DNA of 38,186 nucleotides from Leptospiraceae bacterium (GTDB lineage Bacteria > Spirochaetota > Leptospiria > Leptospirales > Leptospiraceae), in contig JADKCW010000009.1 in NCBI GenBank assembly GCA_016718635.1, forward strand, positions 1 to 38,186, read 5' to 3'. The notes beneath the pieces were generated by a model. The model saw nothing but the letters and a program-made list of their open reading frames with translations, was not told the DNA's origin and ran no database searches. Shown here one piece after another: positions 10,163 to 17,811 of the stretch; the first letter of the stretch is position 1, and the number at the start of each line of letters is the position of its first letter. Made by a program: the position numbers and the translations under genes.

Positions 10163-10738
10163 ATGAAAACAGCTATTTCGATTCCTGATGATTTATTTAA
10201 GACAGCAGAAAAAACAGCAAAGAAAATGGGTATTCCCAGAAGCCAGTTGTTTGCTCGGGCACTCGAAGAATTTATTCAGACACACAGTAAAAATTCTGTA
10301 ACAGAAAAATTGAACAAAATATACAGCAAGAATTTACCAAAATCTAAAACAAGTATTGATAAAGTATCTGTTCAGGCACTTCGCAAGAGTTTAAAAATGA
10401 CACGTGGTGAGATTTGGTGGGTTGATTTAGGTATTCCATTTGGAAGTGAACCAGGATTTAAAAGACCTGTATTAATTATTCAAGACGACGCATTTAATGA
10501 AAGTAATATTAGCACAATCATTGTTGCTGCTATTTCCTCTAATCTTATTCTTGCCGAAGCTCCAGGCAATGTTCTTTTAAACAAGAAAGAATCAAATCTT
10601 TCAAAAGATTCCGTTGTAAATGTTTCACAAATTGTTACTTTAGATAGAGAGAGATTCACTGAACGCGTCGGAAAATTAAATCCGAAGCTAATGGCAAATG
10701 TTGAAAGGGGAATCAAATTAGTTGTAGGTATTAAATGA
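10163..10738 (+). CDS. Single ORF encoding an RHH/MazE-like antitoxin N-terminus fused in frame to a MazF/PemK-family endoribonuclease toxin domain
   Basis: N-terminus MKTAISIPDDLFKTAEKTAKKMGIPRSQLFARALEEFI is a ribbon-helix-helix. From internal Met 78, MTRGEIWWVDLGIPFGSEPGFKRPVLIIQDDAFN...VSQIVTLDRERF has MazF/PemK hallmarks. There is no stop codon between the two halves. Confidence 0.55.
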   Translation: MKTAISIPDDLFKTAEKTAKKMGIPRSQLFARALEEFIQTHSKNSVTEKLNKIYSKNLPKSKTSIDKVSVQALRKSLKMTRGEIWWVDLGIPFGSEPGFKRPVLIIQDDAFNESNISTIIVAAISSNLILAEAPGNVLLNKKESNLSKDSVVNVSQIVTLDRERFTERVGKLNPKLMANVERGIKLVVGIK

Positions 10739-11030
10739 CGGATAATATCTATAACCCCGAACAATTAAAAACCCTCGCCATAGAAACAAACCGTATTTTA
10801 AAGCCAGGTGGTAAATTTTCCTTTGTCGAAGTTTCTAAACCAGAAAGTTTTATTCTAAAATTCTTCTATGGATTTTATCTTGGAAATATTATTCCCATTC
10901 TAGGAAACTTTTTCAAGGTGATCCAACTGCTTACGAAATGTTATGGAAGTATACTGAAAAATTTGTAAATGCAAAGTCTGTGACTGAGACATTTCAAAGC
11001 GCGGGGCTAACGGCAAATTATAATTCCTAC
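10735..11030 (+). pseudogene. C-terminal remnant of a UbiE/MenG-type SAM-dependent methyltransferase (N-terminal half absent, one frameshift)
   Basis: ..LKPGGKFSFVEVSKPESFILKFFYGFYLGNIIPILGNFF then, after a shift, KGDPTAYEMLWKYTEKFVNAKSVTETFQSAGLTA. This matches the UbiE C-terminus pattern (LKPGG..V.E.S.P...L...Y..Y...IP..G....GD...Y.YL.ESI..FP). The SAM-binding N-terminal half is not present upstream. Confidence 0.4.
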
Positions 11031-11069
11031 TTTTTTGGCTGCGCTTCTGGATTTAGTGGGTATAAGTGA

Positions 11070-12157
11070 ATGCACTTTCATTTCAGAAAATTTCAATTTA
11101 GGAATCAACGAAGGCTATTTATATCATTGCAACGAATAAATTTTTATTTGATTCTACTTCTATTTTTACAACTCCTACTTTAATCCATGCAGAATCTAGA
11201 GTTGAAATCAAAACAGGAATTTCAGTTTCTGACTATCGGCCAGAATTTGAAAAGCGTTATTATAAAGATGACTTAGCGGCAGGTGGAAGCGATGGTTTAG
11301 GATTTGGAGCGATTAATAGATCGTATTCACAGAAATATTTTCCTGCGTTTTTAAATCCAATGGAATTTAAATTCTTTTACACTAAAAGTAATTTTGTCTT
11401 TTTAGCAGGACTTGAGACTCTCGGACTAAATGGATTCAATGCTTCCCAATTGCAGTCTAATTTCAATTATCCCGCAGTTGGTTTTTTTCAAGGACAAGGA
11501 AATATTTTGGCTAAGACTAGTAACGCAAATAGCAGATTATCCGTTGGAAATAAATTTTCTTCCATCGTAGTCAGCGGTTTAATAATAAAGAGAGATTTTC
11601 AGTCAGAGTATGAAAAAAATGTTACGCTTTACGCGCCAGGATTTTTAGGAGTAGTTCATGCAGAAAGTAATTACAAAACATCGAATATATTCGCAGGTTT
11701 TAGCATAACGAAAATATTCGAGAAAGGAAAAATTACCGGTGAAGTTTCCTTTCGTCCTAGAAGCCTTGGACTTATTTCTAGTTCTGGAAAAATCGAACAG
11801 GTAGGAGCAATTCGATTTCCCATTGATATTTTCACCGGCAATGTATCCAGCGATTTGCTAGTTACAAATTATCTTTACGGAGATAAAAAGCCAAATATTT
11901 ATGGAGTGCGGATACTCATGGATTACCAGTATCCAATCTTTGAAAATCTTTCTATTTCAGTTACACTTGATTATGATAGGTTATATGTTTACTATGAAAA
12001 TTATCAGCCTCCTGCTTTCTTTCGATTTGCCAATGCATCAGGAATTTCTAGACCCCAACTTGCACTCTCTGAAATGCTATCAAGTTATATCATTTATCGT
12101 GACCCAATATTAAACGAATTAAAATCTTTACGACTGGGTGCCGTTGTAAATTTTTAG
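11070..12157 (+). CDS. Hypothetical secreted or outer-membrane protein with an N-terminal signal peptide (frameshift near 11150)
   Basis: MHFHFRKFQFRNQRRLFISLQRINFYLILLLFLQLL.. is signal-peptide-like. After a shift it reads ..TPTLIHAESRVEIKTG..PAFLNPMEFKFFYTKSN.., continuous with ORF 11360..12157. Composition is beta-rich and aromatic-rich. No family recognised. Confidence 0.35.
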
Positions 12158-12266
12158 ATTAACTAATAAAACTATACCAAAAAAGAGAACTGATATAAAG
12201 GTAAAGTGTTAATGCGGCTACTTATGAATACCCGGTAAAATGAATAAATTTGAAACGCATAAGAGA

Positions 12267-12497
12267 CTAGAGATGTAAAAAAGGCTCAGAAATATTAGAA
12301 AACGAAAGAATGAGAAGAAAAACTTCAACTGTAAGCACGTTGGATTTTAACCATAAAATTACCGACGCGAGAAATATAAAACGCCAAACCCAAATTATTT
12401 TCTCTTTCACAAATCTATAATCCTTAAAATCGCCTTGGAATGTCAAGTAATCAACCTTCGCAATGGATTTACGTGTAAGTAATTCGGTGACTTCCAC
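12267..12497 (-). CDS. Small hypothetical protein with a C-terminal hydrophobic region
   Basis: 76-aa ORF only. No recognisable family. Confidence 0.2.
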   Translation of the reverse strand: MEVTELLTRKSIAKVDYLTFQGDFKDYRFVKEKIIWVWRFIFLASVILWLKSNVLTVEVFLLILSFSNISEPFLHL

Positions 12498-12543
12498 GCT
12501 CGGTCGAACAAAGAGAAATCCTTCGTGGTAATAAAAATTTCAT

Positions 12544-12590
12544 TGACAAAATAAATCAATTTAGTTTACTATCATTATATGATAGTAAAC
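12544..12590. promoter_or_regulatory. higBA promoter with a perfect palindromic operator overlapping the higB start codon
   Basis: TTGACA (12544..12549), 17 nt, then tactat. The palindrome is gtttactatcat-tat-atgatagtaaac (12564..12590), and its right arm contains the ATG at 12579. Confidence 0.5.
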
Positions 12591-12866
12591 TTCGCAGACA
12601 AAGAAACCGAGATGATCTGGGAAGGAGAATTTTCAAAGAGAATAAAACTATCACCTAATTTGTTTGAAGTAGCACGAAGAAAGTTACGTATGATTGCGTC
12701 TGCACCTAGTATTGACTCTTTGCGGATTCCTCCTAGTAACCGCTTGGAGCAATTATCAGGGAATAGAAAAGGTCAGTGGAGCATTCGAATCAACGAAAAG
12801 TATCGAATTTGCTTTATCTGGACTGATGGAAATGCAAGTGATGTAGAAATTGTAGATTATCATTAA
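12579..12866 (+). CDS. higB: HigB-like toxin (plasmid-maintenance killer protein, RelE/ParE superfamily)
   Basis: 95 aa. ..FSKRIKLSPNLFEVARRKLRMIASAPSIDSLRIPPSNRLEQLSGNRKGQWSIRINEKYRICFIWTDGNASDVEIVDYH is the canonical HigB signature (..NRLE.L.G.R.GQ.SIRIN...R.CF.W.....DVEIVDYH). It lies upstream of its antitoxin, which is the higBA gene order. Confidence 0.7.
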   Translation: MIVNFADKETEMIWEGEFSKRIKLSPNLFEVARRKLRMIASAPSIDSLRIPPSNRLEQLSGNRKGQWSIRINEKYRICFIWTDGNASDVEIVDYH

Positions 12867-12880
12867 ATAGGAATTATACT

Positions 12881-13192
12881 ATGACTAAAAAAATAAAAAA
12901 CATTCATCCCGGTGATGTGCTAAAAGAAGAATTTTTAATTCCAATGAGCATCTCTGTTTATAAATTAGCAAAGGAAACCGGACTTTCGCAAACAAGACTC
13001 TGGCAGATCATTCGCGGTGAACGATCAGTAACCGCAGAGACAGCTTTAAAGCTAGGTAAATTTTTTAGTATCGAGCCTGAGTTTTGGCTCAATCTTCAAA
13101 ACTATTTTGACTTAGAAGAATCTAGAAAGCATTTTGCTAAAGAGCTGAAATCAATTCAAAGCATTCAAGAATTAGGTTTGATTCAAGCTTAG
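12881..13192 (+). CDS. higA: HigA antitoxin (XRE-family HTH)
   Basis: 103 aa. ..IHPGDVLKEEFLIPMSISVYKLAKETGLSQTRLWQIIRGERSVTAETALKLGKFFSIEPEFWLNLQNYFDL.. is the typical HigA/VapI HTH. It starts 15 nt after higB. Confidence 0.7.
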   Translation: MTKKIKNIHPGDVLKEEFLIPMSISVYKLAKETGLSQTRLWQIIRGERSVTAETALKLGKFFSIEPEFWLNLQNYFDLEESRKHFAKELKSIQSIQELGLIQA

Positions 13193-13311
13193 AATTATTT
13201 ACAAAATCCAATTTAGCAAACTATTTTCTCTTCTGATGTTAAATGTTTAAATAGAAAGTAAACAGGATAGAACAGTAAATACTCGTTAGCCCCGTAAGTG
13301 GAGTCAAAAGG

Positions 13312-13869
13312 TCAAGTTCGGATTCGACTCAAAGTTTCTTTTGTGATTCCGAGATAGGATGCGATATGACCCAACTTAACCCGACGAAACAAGGTTGAAT
13401 TCTTTTCTAGGAAGTGTGCATAACGAGCTTTAGCCGATTGAAACTGAAACGAGTTGGCTCTTTCCTCTAACTCAACATAGTATTTTTCAATAAAGATTCG
13501 ACCGAGCATATTTAATTCTGCATACGTGGAATACAGTTCATTTAGATCTTTGTAAGAAATAAAATCAAGCTCTGAATCTTCTAAGGCTTCAATAGTTTCG
13601 AGAGAAGGATTTCGAGACACAAAAGAATACATAGAAGTTACAAATTCATTTTCTTTCGCAAACCAATTCGTAACATCTTTTCGTTTGTGCATAGAGAATC
13701 CCCGAAACAAACCCTTGCGAATAAAGTAGAGGTTATCGGCTATTTGCCCATGACTTAATAAGATTTCTTTTTTGGAGATGCTAATAAATGCGGTTTTAGA
13801 TTGAATTGCTTTTTTTGTTTTTTCTTTTACTTGAATAAATGAGTTAATCGCATCTAAAAGATTTTTCAT
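13312..13869 (-). CDS. Crp/Fnr-family transcriptional regulator (cNMP-binding domain plus C-terminal HTH)
   Basis: 185 aa. The effector domain has ..NLYFIRKGLFRG.. and the C-terminal HTH is ..RVKLGHIASYLGITKETLSRIRT. Confidence 0.65.
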   Translation of the reverse strand: MKNLLDAINSFIQVKEKTKKAIQSKTAFISISKKEILLSHGQIADNLYFIRKGLFRGFSMHKRKDVTNWFAKENEFVTSMYSFVSRNPSLETIEALEDSELDFISYKDLNELYSTYAELNMLGRIFIEKYYVELEERANSFQFQSAKARYAHFLEKNSTLFRRVKLGHIASYLGITKETLSRIRT

Positions 13870-14031
13870 TGCAAAACTCCTTCTAAACTAGAATTCTACT
13901 TTCCCGTTTGCCGACAAGGGAAAAAGAAAGTAGCCGATGCCAAATTATTCAAGTTTTCTTCTTCCAATAGCTTAACTCCCCATACCTAAGTAGTTTCCTT
14001 TTACCATCCTATAAGAAGACGATGCACATAA

Positions 14032-14129
14032 CATAGGGTAGGAATGGGTTCCCTTATACCTTAAATATGGGTTCAGGGGGCATAGGGAACCTATATTGAG
14101 TATAGCTTTGAACCTATCGCTACCCTATG
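14032..14129. repeat. 98-bp element bounded by perfect 10-bp terminal inverted repeats (catagggtag ... ctaccctatg), with internal ggttccc/gggaacc pairing
   Basis: Read directly from the sequence. A MITE-like element or a structured RNA are both possible. Confidence 0.35.
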
Positions 14130-14177
14130 TTTGATAAAACGTTATCTTATACAAAGCGTTTAAACAGCATTAGCCTC

Positions 14178-14310
14178 ATCATCCTGAGCCAGCCTGTCCT
14201 GAGCGAAGGAAAGGACATTTTTACTACAAGGCATAACTCTATTCTTTGCGCCTTCGCGGCTTTGCGTGGGAAAATCTTCTTTTTACACAGCCTCAGGACA
14301 AAGCAGGCAT
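14178..14310. other. Long GC-rich imperfect hairpin in the crp to MCP intergenic region
   Basis: cctgtcctgagcgaagg (14193..14209) pairs with ccttcgc (14251..14257) and with cctcaggacaaagcagg (14291..14307). tcctgagc is directly repeated at 14183 and 14198. It is GC-rich relative to its surroundings. Confidence 0.3.
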
Positions 14311-14683
14311 ATACCGCAACTTATATAAAATTGGGGTGAGATGAGTGAAGCAAGGAAATTATACGTATGAACTTATTAGCCAGTATCAAAACAAAGATTA
14401 TTCTATTTTTAAAAAAGCTCTATTGCGTAAAATTTACCAGTAAGCCCGAAAAAAAACTCTGTGCGCTTTTCCTCATTCCCATTTTTTTGCATAAGACTAT
14501 CTTATCTTTTATCCGTGTTCATACGTGTTCATCTCAAGTAATCTTTAAAAATCCAAATTTGCAAGGCAAGAACTATGATAAATATCACGAATTCAGAATA
14601 ATTTATTTATTTTCTTTCATTTATAATCTGATATTTTAAATTTCTACATATATATAAAAATTAGCAAACAAGAGGATTTCAAA

Positions 14684-17600
14684 ATGTTAGAGGATTTAAA
14701 AATTTCAACGAAGCTTAGGCTGGGATATGGATTAGTTATATTTTTCCTCGTCATACTAAGCACTATTGTGTTCTATTTGATGAGTCATTTGGGAGGAAGT
14801 TTGGAGAAAATTACCAAAGTGTATTCACCTAAAGTTGTCCGAAGCAATAATATTATTGACCGCGTCAATGAAAATACAATTTACCTACTCAGCGCAACAC
14901 TAAAAGAATCGAGAGAAGAAGTATTGCTTGCAAAAGATAGAATTCTGCAAAACCGTTCAGGCAATGTGCAAGATATTCAGTTTCTCCGTGAAAATGCAAA
15001 TACGGAAAAGGAAAGATTTGGCATACAGGAATTAGCCGATGCAAGAACAAAATTCATTCCCTATCAGGACAAATACATTTCGCAATTAGAAGTAGGCGAC
15101 TACAAAGGAGCAAAAGATACTTTACCTCAATTCTCAGTTACTCAGCAGCAATATTTGAAAGCGGTAAAAGATTTAATCGTATATGAAACAGAGCTGTCTA
15201 CTACTGCCAATCAAGAGTCACTCAATGATTCTCAAAAAAGCGAGTTCCTATGTGCTAGTTATATCGTCTATCGCTATTCTTTTTTCTATCTTCTTCAGTT
15301 ACATGACTTCAAATTCTATTACGAAACCGTTAGCCGCTCTACTCCTTGCTATTCGCAAAGTGGAAAAAGAAGGAGAATTTTCTATTAAAGTAGATTCAAC
15401 CTCCAAGGATGAAGTAGCAGAGGTCGCTAACTCACTCAGTAGTTTGTTAGCAATGCTAGAGAATATGAAAAAGATACTATGTTACTTACAGAATCTGCCA
15501 TTCAGGGAAAACTTTCTACTCGTGCAGATATTTCTCGTTATCCCGGTGACTTTAGAAAGGTTGTAGAAGGGGTTAATAAGACATTAGACGCTGTGATTGG
15601 ACCTTTAAATGTTGCCGCAGATTATGTAGATAAAATATCCAAAGGAAATATCCCTTCCAAAATCACCGATACCTACAACGGAGATTTTAACACTATCAAA
15701 AATAATCTCAACACTTGCATTGGCTCCCTTTTGGGTATTATTGAATCCATGAATGATATGTCCAAACAGCATGAACTGGGAGACATTGATGTAAAAATTG
15801 ACGTTTCAAAATTCCAAGGTGCATACCAAGAAATGGTTACTGGTATCAATAAAATGGTATTTGACCATATTAGCGTTAAAAAAAGAGCAATGGGAATTTT
15901 TAAAGAATTTGGAGAAGGAAATTTTGAGGCAAATATTGATAAGCTACCTGGCAAAAAAGCTTTCATCAATGAAATAATTGATCAAGTCCGATTGAACCTA
16001 AAAGCGTTGATTAGTGATGCTGGAAAATTGGCAGATGCTGCTGTCAAAGGTCAATTAGCTACGCGTGCCGATGCAACCAAACACAAAGGAGACTTCCGTA
16101 AAATTGTCGAAGGGGTTAACGCTACATTAGACGCAGTTATTACACCTTTAAACGTTGCCGCTGATTATGTAGACAAAATCTCTAAAGGAATTATTCCTCC
16201 CAAAATTACAGAGAGTTATAATGGAGATTTTAATACTATTAAGAATAACTTAAACCTACTCATTGACTCTGAAAGTCTGCTTACCAATGTAGCCTCTTCT
16301 CTATCTATTGGAAATACAGAAGTCAGAATTGAAATGAGATCACAAGGAGACTCCCTATTCAAGAATATCCAAAGTATGATTGCAAATACCCAACATGATG
16401 CCGCCGTTGTTCAAAGTTTAGCGGAGGGAAATCTAGATGTCGAAATAAAAGTCATGTCAGATAAAGACATCATGGCAAAGAGTAACGTTGCCATTCGAAA
16501 TGCACTGAAAGAACTAGTTGCCGATGCTAATATGCTTTCCCGCGCGGCTATTGAAGGTAAGCTTTCAACAAGAGCAGATGCATCAAAACACAAAGGCGAT
16601 TTCCGAAAAGTAGTCGAAGGGGTTAATCAGACATTAGACGCTGTAATCAGTCCAATGCAGGAATCCTCCAACGTATTATTGGAATTAGCCAAAGGAAATC
16701 TAAGTGCAAGAGTCAACGGTGATTACAAAGGCGATCATGCCATCATCAAGAATGCTTTAAATTCCAGTCTCGAAACTTTAAACGAATATGTGGGAGAAAT
16801 TTCCAGAGTCCTGTCTTCCATGTCTTCGGGCGACTTAACTATCGAGATTAAGAAAGCGTTTAATGGTGATTTTGCGGAAATCAAAGAAGCTTTAAAGCTT
16901 ATCATTGAATCGTTCAATGATTTGATCGGGGAAATCATCGATGCATCGGAGCAAATCTTTATTAGCTCTAGGCAAGTTGCCGACTCCAGCCAATCTCTCT
17001 CACAAGGCTCTAACGAACAAGCAAGCAGTGTAGAAGAAATAACTGCTACTCTTGCTGTCATAGAACTCAAAGCTAAGGATAATGCCAATAATGCGAAGAA
17101 TGCTAGTGATCGCGCTCTCAATGTAAAAGACCAAGCAGTATCAAGCAATAACGAAATGAAAGGGATGCTCAAAGCAATGGAAGAAATTAGCGAAACATCC
17201 GAAAACATTGCTAAGATTATCAAAGAAATTGATGCAATTGCATTCCAAACAAACATACTCGCATTAAACGCTGCTGTAGAAGCAGCACGTGCAGGACAAC
17301 ATGGAAAAGGATTTAACGTAGTTGCAGAAGAAGTCCGTAACCTCGCATCTCGTAGTGCCAATGCTGCAAAAGAAACTACTAAGATGATTGAAGGTTCGAT
17401 TAAAACTGTTCGTTCTGGTATGGACATTGCGGGAAGAACTGCAGGCGAATTAAACAAGATGACTGCAGGTGTTGTAGAAGTGACAGACCTGGTGAAAGAC
17501 ATTGCAGCGGCATCTATGGAGCAATCTTCTTCTGTTGTAGAGACGACCTCTGGCATCAATCAGATTTCGCAGGTGACTATGAGTGCAGCCGCAACAGCAG

Positions 17601-17749
17601 AAGAAAGTTCTGCGGCTAGTCTTGAGTTGTCGAGCCAAGCAGAAGCATTTCAAAATATGGTAAAACGTTTCAATATTAAAAGGGGAAAAGAGGAAAAAAA
17701 GAAAGAAGCACCGCTAACAACGGGGAAAAGAAAGATTAACCTCAAATAA
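14684..17749 (+). CDS. Methyl-accepting chemotaxis protein 1: TM1, four-helix-bundle periplasmic sensor, TM2, HAMP repeats, MCP signalling domain; two frameshifts
   Basis: ORFs 14684..15388, 15183..15566 and 15479..17749 are collinear pieces. They give TM1 ([16 protein letters not shown]), a helical periplasmic domain, TM2 plus HAMP (..[42 protein letters not shown]..), repeated ..[58 protein letters not shown].. units, and a highly conserved MCP signalling domain (..[46 protein letters not shown]..). A Shine-Dalgarno site aagagga precedes the ATG. Confidence 0.75.
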
Positions 17750-17773
17750 TGAAAACGGGAATATAAAAAGTTG

Positions 17774-17799
17774 TAGAGGATAAGTTAATTTATCCTCTA
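17774..17799. other. Perfect hairpin (10-bp arms, 6-nt loop) between MCP1 and MCP2, abutting the MCP2 ribosome-binding site
   Basis: tagaggataa-gttaat-ttatcctcta starts 25 nt after the MCP1 stop. The 3' arm runs into aaggag, 8 nt before the MCP2 ATG at 17812. There is no U-tract. Confidence 0.3.
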
Positions 17800-17811
17800 A
17801 GGAGTTTAAAA

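Noticed and set aside
10163-10738. The RHH-MazF single ORF might result from a frameshifted two-gene mazEF operon.
   Set aside because: Both halves are in the same frame with no stop in any nearby register consistent with the upstream reading. A frameshift explanation would need two compensating indels. It is kept as a genuine fusion or read-through, with a loss of the stop by substitution still possible.
13312-13345. The motif aagttcggattcgactc resembles a tRNA T-arm (GGTTCGAATCC).
   Set aside because: It lies inside the Crp/Fnr coding sequence (C-terminal ..TLSRIRT). No acceptor-stem or anticodon-arm partners are visible nearby.
14127-14639. ORFs 14127..14339 and 14367..14639 in the crp-MCP intergenic region could be genes.
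   Set aside because: They overlap the inverted-repeat and hairpin elements and have no ribosome-binding site or family resemblance. They are more likely non-coding structured DNA, although a small protein cannot be fully excluded.
16411-17653. Long antisense ORFs inside the MCP signalling domains (16735..17559, 17450..17653, 19881..20333, 20224..20610, 25791..26063, 26136..26399 and others) could be genes.
   Set aside because: They are mirror-strand artefacts of Ala/Ser/Thr/Glu-rich, strongly conserved MCP coding sequence. The sense strand carries unmistakable MCP signalling-domain motifs, and the antisense translations are low-complexity.
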